A stretch of DNA of 64,000 nt from Lama glama. Its lineage: Eukaryota. The translations under genes and the position numbers were made by a program. The notes beneath the pieces are model-generated. The model ran no database searches. It had not been told where the DNA came from and saw only the letters and a program-made list of their open reading frames with translations. This document shows, piece by piece, positions 1-13,250 of this stretch. The DNA lies in the NCBI GenBank assembly GCA_028534125.1, contig CM052817.1, positions 23,004,001 to 23,068,000 of the forward strand, given 5' to 3'. The number at the start of each line of letters is the position of its first letter. Position 1 is the first letter of the stretch.

Positions 1-269
1 ATATTTTAGTGAATGTGAAATTATATACACACACTCACACACAGGAGAAAGTGTCATTCTCTCACTTTGCAACAGATTACACTACATGCTTATCTGAACA
101 GAGGCTCGCATTTAGCAGTCAAAATGGAAGATGACTATGCCCCTTTGCAAGTAACCACAATGCCTATCAGGACAGCAATACCTAGAAGAAATAACAGTGA
201 TATTCAACAGGTGTCGAGGGACAGCAAGAGGAGCATAAGGGGATATTAGGAACCATCTGGTGGCTGACT

Positions 270-1092
270 GGAGTGCATCATGGGCATATGCGAGACTTTT
301 GCTAATTACCCCCAGAAATTCTCTGGAATCTTCCAAAGTGGGCATTTCCCCTGTACTCCAAACTTGTACCATCATCTATTTACTTGCTCTTCACACTTGT
401 ATTATTTAATAGTTATCTAAGCCTAACTTGTCCAAAACAGAGCACCTGATATTTGTCAGCCCACCCTATCCAACACTGCTCCATTTCTCTCACACCGTAC
501 ATTCAATCCAGAAACATCTAATTTCAACATGTATCTGGAATCTGGCCACTTCTCACCTCCCTGTCTAAGCTCTCCTCTTCTTTCACTGGAGTACTAAATA
601 GTTTCTTAACCGGTCTTAGTGCTTATACTCTTACCTCTGCCTCTGCTTAACACAGAGATCATTTTCAAATGAAATTTGAATTGTATCACATCTTGCTGTC
701 ACCCTCCCATGACTCCATTTTATTCAGTGAAAAATCATAGCCTTTATAATGGACTCTGAAGTACCACCACATCACTGGTCCCACCCACACACATTACCTC
801 TGACCTTTCTGACCTTTATTTCCTCCTACACTTTGCTCAGTAGATAGGCATTAGTGTCATGACTATTTTCAAAAACCTTTTTCTGCCCTTTCCCCCACAG
901 TCCCTATCTCCCTTAGCCCATTCTAAAGTTATAGCATTTATGACTTCATAACATACTATAAAATTTAACCACTTATTGGCTATCTCCCCTTACCAGAACA
1001 TATGTTTCACAAGGGAAGAAAGCTTTACCTTATGTTTAACTGATACATATCCATTTCTTGCACTCAATAAGTATCTACTGAATGACTGAATA
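270..1092 (+). mobile_element. Degraded L2 LINE 3' portion
   Basis: Pyrimidine-rich L2-like body ending in the typical tail GCACTCAATAAGTATCTACTGAATGACTGAAT at ~1060-1091; boundaries approximate. Confidence 0.7.
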
Positions 1093-2339
1093 ATTAGATT
1101 AGAAGGCACTAGACATAAATTATGAATAGAATCATTTCTAAGGTGCTTCAGAAAAATTTTGGTGAGGAAATGACCAACTCAACTTTTCTCTCACTTTGTC
1201 CTAAGTTACCACAAAGAACAAATAGTACATTTTGAGTTAAGAAATTTTCTATCAGTATTTTTTTAATGCAAGTTCTTAGAATCAACAGAATCATAAGCTC
1301 TTCCTTAAAGATGAATTAGGCACTTTGGGTGGAACCATTACATATTTATATTGCATTTTTAATGTTTATAAATACAGATTGTTTTATAAAAATTATCCCT
1401 ATCTTAGCATTATTATTAGCAAAGTTTTTTGAGGCTTAATTTATATTTGGTTGAATATCAGTGAACTTTACATATATATTAGATGAAATAAATGTATATA
1501 ATATTCTTAATTTTTATAATACATGAATAATCATACATGACTATGCTTTCCAAGGCATAATAACAGAACCATATAAGATCTTCTATAAACTATATGACAT
1601 TTAAGTGTGAAGAAATGTCATCTTCATCTCTCTATAGCCAACATCCAGCATTATATTTGTGCATATTTAACATTTGAGGAACATATGAGAAAAAAAATAT
1701 AAGACCAGCATGGTTTTCAATAATGAGGTAAATTAAACATAGCTATGTAAATTGGCACATAGTAAAAACAAAGCAAAACCCCTACCCAACATGTTTTACT
1801 GTTTGCTATGGAATATTTCAACAGTGGCTTAGCTACTACGTATCTGTGTGCTTGTTTACTCAACACATGATTTATAAGTGTCCTGAATTAAAAAGTAAAA
1901 CAAAAATCAAATGTTCCAAACGAAAGCATGTTGAGGTTCTCTTGACTTAAAAAGAGCAAGATCTCTAATCTTTTTATAAATATTATTTAATCTTGTAATT
2001 TTAAAACTGATTTAATCTTTATCTTGGGTGGAGTAGAGATGGGAAAGGTGGATGAATGTATACATATTTATCCCTACATGTGAATATATATGAGATAGAT
2101 GGGTAAGTTTCACAGGCCAGCCTAATAAATCAATCACTACTTACAGTATTTATATAAAACATATCCCACTGTTTTAAAAACTAACTTGCTAGTTGATTTT
2201 TAGGAAAAAAATAACTTTTCTAAGTTGGAGACAGAATTAGAATTTTTTTTTTTTGGTTTTAGAAGAAAATCTTAATCACAGCTTATTCTAATAAAAAAAA
2301 ATCCAGTACTTAAGATACCCTGACTATGGAAAGATTAGC

Positions 2340-2665
2340 CAGAATGGACAGAGCACAGAGGAATTTTAGGTCAATGAAAATCCTCTGTATGGCACTATTA
2401 TGATAGAGACATGTCATTATGAACTTATCTAAACCCATAGCATGTACCACACCAAGAACCCTAAGGTAAACTTTGGGACTTTGAATGATAATTGTAATAA
2501 AAATATCACTCTGAGGGAGTGGGAGTGGATGTTGATAACAGGGAAGGTTGTATGTATGTGGGAATAGGAGGAATATGGGAAGTCTTTGCACATTCCTCTC
2601 AATTCTGCTGTCAACCTAAAACTGCTCTAAAAAAAAAGTCTTAAAACTAAAAATTAAAAAAAAAA
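2340..2665 (+). mobile_element. L1 3' UTR fragment with A-rich tail (L1MC1-like)
   Basis: ACAGAGCACAGAGGAATTTTAGG...CAATTCTGCTGTCAACCTAAAACTGCTCTAAAAAAAAAGTC followed by an A-rich tail. Confidence 0.75.
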
Positions 2666-4819
2666 CCAACTTGAATAACCAGACTTAAATTTCTATGTCT
2701 GACATACTTTTCTAAGAACACAGATTTTTATTTTTCATACTACATAAAAGAGTTTGAGCTACAGTATTTACTACATTACATGGGTAAGAGTATAAGTAAA
2801 ATCTTGACAATACCATCTGTTCTAAATTTGGTAAATTTAAAAAGCCTACATCATACATAAAATATTATAATCAATAATATCACCTCACTTTAGTCAGTTC
2901 CACACCTTAAACTGTTTCTAGTGAGATATTTTTTCAAATTTCTATTAACTATAGTAAAGAAATTCATTTAATCTCTTCTGAATCTTAATTTTATAGCATC
3001 AAATCTGAGACTTCAGTAGTTCTCACTTTTTAAAAAAAATTTCTTCATTCATGCCTTATCATTGCCTTCCACTACTACCGAAATTCTTTATTGCTATTTG
3101 GAGTTCTCCCTAGGACATTTCCTTTGTAAGCAGTACAAAATCTGCTAGTTAATGTTCTCTTTAATTTGCAACCTCTGAGATATTCACAAAAACTGCTAAT
3201 TAAAAGCAGTTGAAAATAGTCTGACTCACAGATGCAGCTGGATTGAGCTGAGTGGGAGGGTAGCATAGATAATTGTTTGTTAACGTCTTAATTTACTTTT
3301 AATGGAGAAAGTGAAATCCTTCGTTTAATTTACATTTGTTTCTTCTCTTTAATTATTTGTTGTACTAAATTTTCACTTTTTAAAACTAAACCTTGCACAA
3401 TTATATAAAAAGTTACATGTTATTTAATGTTAACTAAATTCTTAGATTCTACGATCATGAAATAACCTTAATAAATACAGTTTGGAGAACTTCAGACTGA
3501 AACTCATTGTCTCTTATAAAAGCAGTAATGATGGTAAACCCTATAAATGTGAAAAGAAATGAGTTCCCAAGAGTAGAGTTGTTCACTTATCACATAATTA
3601 GCTCTCATTAATAGAAAATGACAATATTATAATTGAAAGAAAAGTCAATCCTCTAAGCCTTCTTTCCAAGGTTCATATTAAAATGCATGAAATCTTAATT
3701 CCTAGCAACAATAATAAAAATTTAAATGTAAGTTAACTTTGTGCTGTGAACTAAGTGTGTGTGTGTATATATATATAAAACGTAACTATAAGAAGATTAT
3801 TCATCATCATGTTGGCTACATATGTGTTTTTTAGATATCAGTAAGGTTATATTCTATATTTTTCTTCTTGAATATTACATGAATTCACATGCTATGTTAC
3901 TATTTATAAGTCATATTCACTGAATTTAACTCACCTTATTATATTTGTTTATATATTATATGAACTCTCTAACTTGCAGTGGCTATTTCTAATATCTGTG
4001 GCTTGAGGTATCTTACAAAAAAGTATAAGCTGGACTGAAAAAAATCTTAACAGTATGTTCATTTTGACCTTAGGAGTCTATACTGAGAATGTTTCCCATG
4101 AAAAAGTTATTGGGAAGGCTGAGTGGTTAACAAATGATCAAATCCTAAGGTCATATTAACCTTGGTTAATTCACCATTGTCATGAGTCTGAGTCTAAGTC
4201 CAGCTGCGTTAAGATCTCAATTTCTTCTGTACTAGAATGGACTACAAACGAGGAAGCTGACTCGTATTCAGAAAATGCAGAACACACCAATATGTGACCC
4301 ACAATGTCAACATGTTAACTTAAAGTACATTTATTTCAAAAGTAAATAAAAAACAAGATTGCTTTATGTGCCTGTCAGACATATTTTATCCTTTTGAGTA
4401 AGTGATGTGCGAAATACAATGACCAGTATGCTTTTAATTAAGCATGGTATTAGCAAAAGGGGAGATATATATATATATAAAATTATTAAAGGTATGAGCT
4501 CTGGGATACTTACAAGTCACGATTTTTATAAGTAGTTCAATGTTTGAATCATATTTTGAGAAGCATATTTCAACAACAAAAAATTTTAATATTTAAAAAA
4601 AATAAAAGTCTTTACTTGCTTCTCTGATCCCTTTACTGGGAGAAATATAATTATAGCAATATTTCTTAAAGCTTTCTCCTGCCCATCTCCCAACTGAGAT
4701 CCCTAATCAAATACTCCCCTCAACCTCTCAGACATTTCATGTTCCAAGAAAAAAAGAAGAGCAAGAGATTACTTTTTATAAAAATGAAACATGTTTATTA
4801 CCACAAAACCTTATTAATA

Positions 4820-4900
4820 CAGGTCCACAATCTCTTACCCGAAATCCTTAGGGCTACATGTATTTCAGAATTTAGAATTCTTTGGACTTTAGAAAGGCAC
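4820..4900 (+). mobile_element. Left end of a MER46C-like TcMar-Tigger element
   Basis: TA then CAGGTCCACAATCTCTTACCCGAAATCCTTAGGGCTACATGTATTTCAGAATTTAGAATT resembles the recalled MER46C terminus. Confidence 0.65.
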
Positions 4901-4944
4901 AAAGATGTGGATGCTTTTATCATTAATATGAGGATACTGAAGTT

Positions 4945-4995
4945 TCTGCTGCTGCTAATGAGGATGCTGCTGCTGATAATGATAATAATGCTGAA
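4945..4995. repeat. Low-complexity CTG/ATG/ATA trinucleotide tract
   Basis: CTGCTGCTGCTAATGAGGATGCTGCTGCTGATAATGATAATAATGCTG. Confidence 0.75.
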
Positions 4996-6029
4996 ACTAA
5001 TCACTGCAGCTCCTGCTACCCCTCTCCTGTGTCCTTATCTATCACACACATCCTACACATATGACTAAAGAGACTTGGGTTTTTTCCCTCATTTCATTCA
5101 AGAAACTTAGAGTCAGGTAGCTTAAAAAATTGATAAACTTCCATTTTTAGTTAGAAGCAATTCCAGAATTCAAATTCTGACCCTCTCTCTCTAAATCTAG
5201 GATTCACCATAATCTCCGTAATAATAGTATGTTTCCAGAATATCTACTAGAACTTTTACCTTACTGATTTTTTATTCTGTTTTTTTTTCAACCTATTCAG
5301 GTTTCTGACCCTGCAGTCAATTGATCAGTAAAAGGTTATATAAAGCCTAACTATGGTGTCACCCTTTGTTGAATTCTAAGCAGTTGTAAGAACTCAGAGT
5401 CTAAGTAGGCATGCATCTCATGCATTCCTGTTCTGCATTTATATTTGACCTATATTTTATTCTCTTCTCTACCAGTCCCTTTTAGGTTGAGGGACACAAA
5501 CTATATACAGTGTAGGTATGTCCTTCCTACTTATGTCTGGATCTTCCTCAAAACTCTTATGTGCTTGTTTGTTATCAGAGTACAATGGAGAGAGAAATCA
5601 CAGAATAATTTGAATAGGGAAAGTGTGATATATAAATTAATTAATGTTAACAGAGAATCAGAATAATAAGGAATGAGAGAGAACTCTACAGAATAAGAGA
5701 AGATATAATGAGTTCAAGGAAGAGCCCCCTCTTAACCTTCAAAAGATGAGTTTTCCAGAGATTTTTGCTAATGAACCAATGTTTCTCATTGGGAGAAAAT
5801 GTGACATGGCACCACATCAGGGGAACTTGATGACTTGTTGAAAATCTGCCACTCAGAAATTTCTGTAAATATACCACATAAGACTGTTGGGGAATCAAAA
5901 GACTTGCATTTTATATTTTTTTTCCTTTTTTTATCATCATCCATATAACTTGGTAAAAATTAATCTTGAATTTCATTCCTCACTATGATGAGCAACCCCA
6001 TTGTATCCAGTCATTGAAAGCAGCTATAA

Positions 6030-8210
6030 GAACCTTCTAAATTATGAAAACAACAAATGAATAAAAAATAGACTGAAAGTATCAGAATCCAACAAAGTTC
6101 CCAGAACTTGAGAGTAAAGACCTTATAGAGGTTCACCGAGGTTGCATTCAAAGCAGCCTTCTCCCTGAAAAGCTATTTGCTACCTTTGTGAATGTCAAGC
6201 CTGATAGCAGAGCATGATCTCAGTGTTGTTGCCACTGAGCTGGTGCAACATTGAAGTTCATGGATACCAGAGCAATGAGGATTTAAGAGGAAAGAATGGC
6301 AGAGAACTGGAACTATGGAAGTTGATCCAGGTCTTCTGGATACAATCCCTCAAAAGGCATTAACCAATTCCTAAACTGGGCATGTCTAGAGTAAAAGGTC
6401 AAAAACAACAAAGAAAAACAGCTGCTGAGAGAAAAACTATACTTAAGGATCTGCAGTGTCAGAGTTCTGGGGCAACAACTGATAGACCTGAAGTCTTAAA
6501 AAGGAAGTCAGACCCTGCAACCACTTCAGGTTCATAGTTCATAGTTCTAAAGGGTTATTCCCTATAAGAAAGGACCTATAAGAAATAGAAGAATTTTCAC
6601 AAACTTTAAAGCTTCAAGTATTCACAATCATTATTAAAGCAAGGTGATTTGCATGTGTGCTATCTGCCTGAAGAGAAAAAGAGTTTTCTCTGAAGGATGA
6701 TAATACTATCCAGAAACTAATACAGAGACTTAACTTATCACTTTAAGTACACAAAATCTTACCAACCATGCCAGCAAACAAAGTTCAATGAAGGAAAAAA
6801 CAGATATAGAAAGATACAAACATAAACCAGGTATAAAAAACTGATTAGATTATAAGAAAAGCAGAAAAGATGAGTGTGGTTTGGTTGAGTCATAATCTCT
6901 CCTCAGCCTTTATAATCTTAATTACATGGAATTAAAAAAATACAGAATCATGAGAAATTAAAAATGCTAAATCACTTCATTACATTAATAGCGTCAAAAC
7001 AAGAGAAAGTGATGGCCTTTAAACTATAAGAATAATTGTACCATATGGAAAAAAAAGATGACTTCGAATTCACACCATGTACGAAATCAATTCTAGATGG
7101 ATCATAAACAACAATCTGAAATGTGAAACCAGAAATGTTATGTAATACCACATAGAGAATGATATTTGGATAGGTTACTAGTTCCTCAAAACACTACACA
7201 GTATTTACTATGAAAGAAAAGACTGATAAATTGAACTTTATTAAAATTAAGAAATTCTTAATTCTTTGAAAAACAATTTTGAAAGACTGGAAATGGCAAT
7301 CCACAAATTAGAGTGAGATATTTGTAATACAAATAACCAATTAAAGATTCATAAAAATACATAAAAAATAAGTGCAAATCAATAATGAAGAGATAACTAC
7401 ATCTAAAACAAAAATGAACAAATGAATTGGACAGGCACTTTAACAAAATGTTATCCAAAAGTAAGCTTAGGAAAATATGCTTAACATAGTTATTAGCAAA
7501 ACACAAATAAAACTATAATGTTATAAAAGAATTAGAATGGTTACAATTAAACAAAAAACAGCAATACCAAGTGTTAGTAGGGGTATAGAGTAGTAAGAAC
7601 TCACACACTTCAAAGTGTAAATTGCTACAAACACTTTGAGCTGGACAGCAGTCTCTACCAAAGCTGAACATAGGTATACTTAAGATCAAATTCCTAGATG
7701 TATTTTAGAAACTTATATATACACTTAGAAATCTGTATATACATTACCAAAATGCAAGAATATTTAAGAAGCATTATTCATAGCATCTCAAAACTAGAAA
7801 TGACCAAAACTACCAGAACACTAAAATAGATAAAGGATAAAAACTTCAGAATTACTAATAAAGTGGAATATTATACAGTACTAAGAATAAATTATAACTT
7901 TCTATAACACAGATGAACCTAACAGTGCTTAGTAAAAAAATTTTAGAAAATCCATAATAGAATAATGAACACTGACCATGTTTGAAAACATGCAGGATCA
8001 TTTTCATGGTAGTAGAAAAGTGGCTGCATTTTTGGAAGGGCTAGTAACTGATTAGAGCCATAAGGGAATATGCTGGAGGCTGGTATTAGTCTGTATCTTG
8101 ATTTATTTGATAATTCTACAGAAATGCTTACTTTTAAAAATCCAGTGATCTATCTACTTAAAATGTATTCATTTTAGTTTGTGGCGGTTTTGTTTCAATT
8201 TAAAGGCAAA
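6030..8210 (+). mobile_element. Old fragmented L1 (L1M/L1ME-type), 5' region plus ORF2 end and 3' UTR remnants
   Basis: A-rich strand bias and L1 ORF2 C-terminal hallmarks (GACTGATAAATTGAACTTTATTAAAATTAAGAAATT, GCAATACCAAGTGTTAGT, GCATTATTCATAGCATCTCAAAACTAGAAA). Confidence 0.65.
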
Positions 8211-8699
8211 AGATAAAACTTTGCTACGTTTAGATCTTACCACATTTAATAAGAAACGGCTGAACTTAAATACCAAAATGAGGGTACAAATTTCTATGAT
8301 TTCACAATAAATTTAAGAGAATTAAACTTTTGTATTTTGGGCTACATTTATACTAGATTGCAAATCAGTCTATTCTCAGGTGAATTCCTTTTCTGATAGC
8401 ATTTATGTACCGTGTTTTCTTATTTCATCCATCTAAATGTTTTGTGTCTGAAACAAAATCCTGTCTATGGACAAAATTTTGAAAGAATCAATACAAGTGT
8501 TTAATTTACCTGTAAAAATCCATTTGCTGAGAGCTAAATTGAAAGAAACATAGAAAGGAATAATGTAGGGGGAATTGTGTTTAGTTCTTTCACATTCAGT
8601 ATTTTATGTTCATTGGAAAAATGTGTGTGTGTTTTAATAATTGGTGTCTCCATTAATCTTATTTAAGAGGAAGACTTAAATGTTCTGAGAAAGTTTTAG

Positions 8700-9199
8700 N
8701 NNNNNNNNNNNNNNNNNNNNNNNNNNNNNNNNNNNNNNNNNNNNNNNNNNNNNNNNNNNNNNNNNNNNNNNNNNNNNNNNNNNNNNNNNNNNNNNNNNNN
8801 NNNNNNNNNNNNNNNNNNNNNNNNNNNNNNNNNNNNNNNNNNNNNNNNNNNNNNNNNNNNNNNNNNNNNNNNNNNNNNNNNNNNNNNNNNNNNNNNNNNN
8901 NNNNNNNNNNNNNNNNNNNNNNNNNNNNNNNNNNNNNNNNNNNNNNNNNNNNNNNNNNNNNNNNNNNNNNNNNNNNNNNNNNNNNNNNNNNNNNNNNNNN
9001 NNNNNNNNNNNNNNNNNNNNNNNNNNNNNNNNNNNNNNNNNNNNNNNNNNNNNNNNNNNNNNNNNNNNNNNNNNNNNNNNNNNNNNNNNNNNNNNNNNNN
9101 NNNNNNNNNNNNNNNNNNNNNNNNNNNNNNNNNNNNNNNNNNNNNNNNNNNNNNNNNNNNNNNNNNNNNNNNNNNNNNNNNNNNNNNNNNNNNNNNNNN
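8700..9199. other. Assembly gap (500 N)
   Basis: Run of exactly 500 N. Confidence 1.
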
Positions 9200-9292
9200 A
9201 TGCAGGATCATCCCAATATTCTCCCTATCTTAGGATCAGCTGATTTGGGATCTTAATTACATCTTCAAAATGCATTCACAGTAGGGTCTAGT

Positions 9293-9710
9293 GTGATGAT
9301 TATATTAGTTTTATTAATTTTAAGCTTTGGTGCCCAGTTGTTCAGTCAAACACTAATCTAGATGTTGCTGTAAAGGTATTTTTAGATGTGATTAACATTT
9401 ATAATCAGTAACAAAGTAAAGCAAATCATCCACATAACGTGAATGGGCTTCATTCAATCATTTCAAGGCTTTTAGAACAAAGACTGAAGTTTCCCAAAGA
9501 AGGAGAAATTCTGTGTTAGGATTGCAACACAGAAACCCTGCCTGAGCTTTTAGCCCATTGGCCTGTCCTAACAATACCACAACGTTATTTCTATACCTGA
9601 ATTTCCAGCCTGCTGTCCTGCCCTATAGATTCCACACTGCTAGCCTCCTTAATTGTATGAGCTGGTATCTTAAAAGCTCTCAGTCTCATCCTTAACTCCT
9701 GACACTTACT
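9293..9710 (+). mobile_element. MLT2-type (ERV-L) LTR
   Basis: GTCAAACACTAATCTAGATGTTGCTGTAAAGGTATTTTTAGATGTGATTAACATTTATAATCAG and TTTCCAGCCTGCTGTCCTGCCCTATAGATT match recalled MLT2C/D. Confidence 0.75.
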
Positions 9711-9807
9711 GACTTTCAACATATCTGGTTTAATCATTCTACTCACTGATTTTCAATAGCAGGGCTCAGTATAAAATTGAAGATGTAAAGAGGATTTTTC
9801 TCTGACA

Positions 9808-10005
9808 TAGGGTTGCTATATTTAGGAAATAAAAATACAGAACACACAGTTAAAACTGAAAATCAGATACAGAGTGGACAATGTTTTAGTAGAAGTATCT
9901 CCATGATACTTATACTAAATACTTAATACTTACACTAAAAAAAAATCCATTATCTATCTTAAAATCTAACTTAGTTGGTGCCTTCAATTTTATCAGGCAA
10001 CACTA
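9808..10005. mobile_element. MER53 palindromic hAT MITE
   Basis: Termini TAGGGTTGCTATATTTAGG ... TTTATCAGGCAACACTA, ~200 bp, internally palindromic. Confidence 0.8.
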
Positions 10006-10984
10006 CATTGGGAGCACTTTTCAATCTTCAAAGAATCTTCCCTTTTTTCTGTTTGCTTATTTAAGATTTGGAAAGAAATTGTTTAACTACTTAGTATGAC
10101 ACTTGTGTATTCAATGGTTACGGCATTCAGCATATAATTAAACCAGTTGGGTTTTAATTGTAAATATTTCCGGAGGCAATAATACAGAAGCTCATGGTGT
10201 TTTGAAGGCATCTTTAAAAACTGATACATATTTGTGTATGTGGAGTTTGCAGAAAGTTTGAAGGATTCTGTTAGGTATTCCGAGACTAAAAAAGAATGGC
10301 ACATATTGCTAAATACACATTATTTAGCAAGTACTACAATTCAGTTGTGTAACAATGAGCTGTTCAAACAACAGTGCTACGTACTTCTCTTCTCTCCCAT
10401 GTTCATTGGAGATGCTGCTGCTCTGCTCTCTTACTTCCTGTTAATGAAGATGGAGGCAGTGGGAGGAAGGCAAGTTCTCTTCACCTGGACTTAGGAAATT
10501 GAGACCACAGTCGTGGTTGTGGCATACCAGCTCTTACCCAGGAATCTTCCAGTTTGAAAGTTGATCCATTTTTTCAAATACATAAAACAGCACCAACTTC
10601 AAATAAAACAGAATCAACTTCAAATGGATTATTGTAAGGATTACTTGAGAAAATACATGTGAAAATATTTTATAAAAACTTCATTCCTGTAAATGTTACT
10701 GTGATGCAATAATGATTCATTTGCTCTCTGGCTGAACTATACCTTCAACTCACTGATTTAAAAAATGTTTCTCATGAAAATTAGCACTTGATATTTAATT
10801 TTAACTTTTGTCAAATAATATTTTTAGAAAAGGTTACTGACATTGCAAACATTCTATAGAAATCGAATTACCCCGTTACTAACCAAAAGGTTTATTTTAA
10901 TAGAAACACTGTAGCTTAGGCAAAAAAAAGAATAAACAATTTTTATTGTCATGATCATTTGTATATGCATTGTGTATTTTGATT

Positions 10985-12600
10985 TTTTTTAATTTATAGT
11001 CATTTTCTTAGAGTGGTTAAAGATTTACAGAAAAATTGAGCAGAGCACTAAGTTCTGATATATTCCCTCTCCCTGTCCCAACAAAATCCTCTAATATTAG
11101 CCTTTCCCAGTGATGTGTACTTTTGTTATAAATGATGAAATAATACTAATACATTATTATTTAGCTAAAGTCTATAGTTTATATTAGAATCCACTTGTTT
11201 TATAGAGTTCTGTGGGTTTTAACAAATGCATAGTGTCATATATCCATAACTAAAGGATCATACTGAATTTCATTGCCTTCAAATTTCCCCAAGCTTAACT
11301 TATTCTTTCCTACTTTCTCCTCCCAACCCCTGGCAACCACTTATCTTTTTACTGACTCCATAGTAGCCTTTTCTAGAATGCATATAGTTGGAATGATATA
11401 GTATGCAGTCTTTTCAGACTGACTTCTTTCATTTAGCAATTTGCACTTAAGGTTCAATGTCTTTTTGTGGCTTGAGATACTTCTTTTAATGTTGAATAAT
11501 ATTCCATCTTATGGATGTACCACAGTTTGTTTTTCCACTCACTCGTGAGGGATATTTTTGCTGCTTCCACATGTTGGCTATTATGAATAAACTATAATAC
11601 AAACATCTGTGTGCAGGTTCTAATGTGTACATAAGTTTTCAACTCATTTTGGTTAAGTGCCTGGGACTGCAATTGCTGGACCACATGACAAGGCTAAGTT
11701 TAGCTCTGTAAGAAAAACTATCTTCCAGAGTGTCTATGCATTTTTACGTTTCCACCAGAAATGAATGAGAGCTCTAGTTGCTCCACCAGCATTTGGTGTT
11801 CTTAGAGTTTGGGGTTTTACCTTAATAGGGATATAAGTGGTTTCATATTAGTGTTTTAATTTGCAATTCCTAATGAAATAGAATTTTGAGTATCTTTTCA
11901 TACACTTATTTGCTATCTCTGTATCATCTTTGGTGAGGTGTCTGTTTAGATCTTTTCCCCGCTTCTTAGTTCCATTGTCTGTTATCTTTTAGTTGAGTTT
12001 TAGGAGTTCTTTGCATATTCTGGATACAAGTCCTTTATTAGATATGTGTTTTGTAAATATTTTGTCCAGCCTGTGGCTTATTATTTCATCCTGTGAACAC
12101 TGTCTTTCTCAGAGCAGATTTACTTTATCATGTTGATTAATCTGGTTCTTCTACATTTCCATATAAACTTTAGAATCAGTTTTTAGATATTTACAAAGTA
12201 ACTTGTTGGGATTTTGTTTGTGATTGCGTTTAATCTACGGATCAAATTATAAATAGCTAATATCTTAATAATATTGAGTCCTTTTATCCATGAATAGTCA
12301 AAAATCATTCCATCATTCTGGTCTTCTCTAATTTCTTTCATCAGATTTGTAGTTTTTCACTATGTAAGACTGTGTGTATATTTTGTTAGATTTATATGTA
12401 TTTCTCTTTTTTGATGCTAATGTGAGTGGTTTTGTTTCACTTTAAAATTTGAATTATTCTTTGTTGGTATGCAGAAAAGCAACTTACCTTTGTATATTAG
12501 AATCCTATCTGGAAACCCTGCTATAACTGCTTACTATTCTATGTAAAAAGTATGTTATCTTTGAACAAAAATAGTTTTATCTTTCCTAATTTTTATACAA
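10985..12600 (-). mobile_element. L1MC-like LINE (3' UTR and ORF2 end)
   Basis: Antisense L1 hallmarks: CCCCTGGCAACCACTTATCTTTTTACT, TTTCCACCAGAAATGAATGAGAG, GGATACAAGTCCTTTATTAGATATGTG. Confidence 0.85.
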
Positions 12601-12759
12601 AAACTGAAACATCTTGTAATCTGTGGATTACAAGATCAGGAGCACCTGAATCAGACTGGTCCAGCTGAATGTACGAATTCCCTCATTTAGGGGTATCTAA
12701 AATGTGAAGCATTGTAGTGACTGGTAGTGTTAGACTGGTAAATAAGAAATGGTAGTGAA

Positions 12760-13250
12760 AAATCTCAAGGAGTTTCCAATCAAGTGTGAGAGACAGGAAA
12801 GTGAACCAAAATTCCTATAGTGCTATCCTGAGAGCCAACCAAGTTTCAAGAGGTTAAGTTTAAACTGAGACTTGAGGCATGTTTATGAGTTACATTATAT
12901 GAAATGAGAAAGAAATAGCATGCAAAATTCTACAGCATATCCCCTTTTAGTTATAACATATCTTAAAGGATGACTGTAGTAAAAGAAATAAACAGGGAAG
13001 TGAAAGGAAGTGAGTGATGGTACTGAAGGTGGAGGTAAGGAGCAGATACTGAGTAGACTTATCTCTGTAGTTTACAAGTTAGAAATTCAATTTGAACATT
13101 AGAGAAAGCCAGTGAGGATTCAATAATGAAGCTCCATGGTCATATGTGCAATCAGAAAATACCAAAGAAAATCTAGAAGTTGGATTTGGATTATTCTTAA
13201 TAGATGAAGAGAGAAACTCAGATGTTCTTATGACTTCAACAGAATCAATG
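12760..13250 (-). mobile_element. Degraded L2 fragment
   Basis: Purine-rich antisense L2-like text (TTTAAACTGAGACTTGAGGCATG, GAGAAAGCCAGTGAGGATT). Confidence 0.45.

Noticed and set aside
67..249. 60-aa ORF and possible exon 75-149
   Set aside because: Non-ATG start, unrecognisable peptide, weak donor and no supporting neighbours
4739..5068. 109-aa ORF with a hydrophobic L/M/I stretch
   Set aside because: Produced by a trinucleotide low-complexity tract plus a MER46C-like fragment
7990..9211. ATGCAGGATCAT present at 7990 and immediately after the gap at 9200
   Set aside because: Only 12 bp and the flanks differ; chance or a trivial assembly effect
8696..9211. 171-aa ORF
   Set aside because: Artefact of translating the N gap
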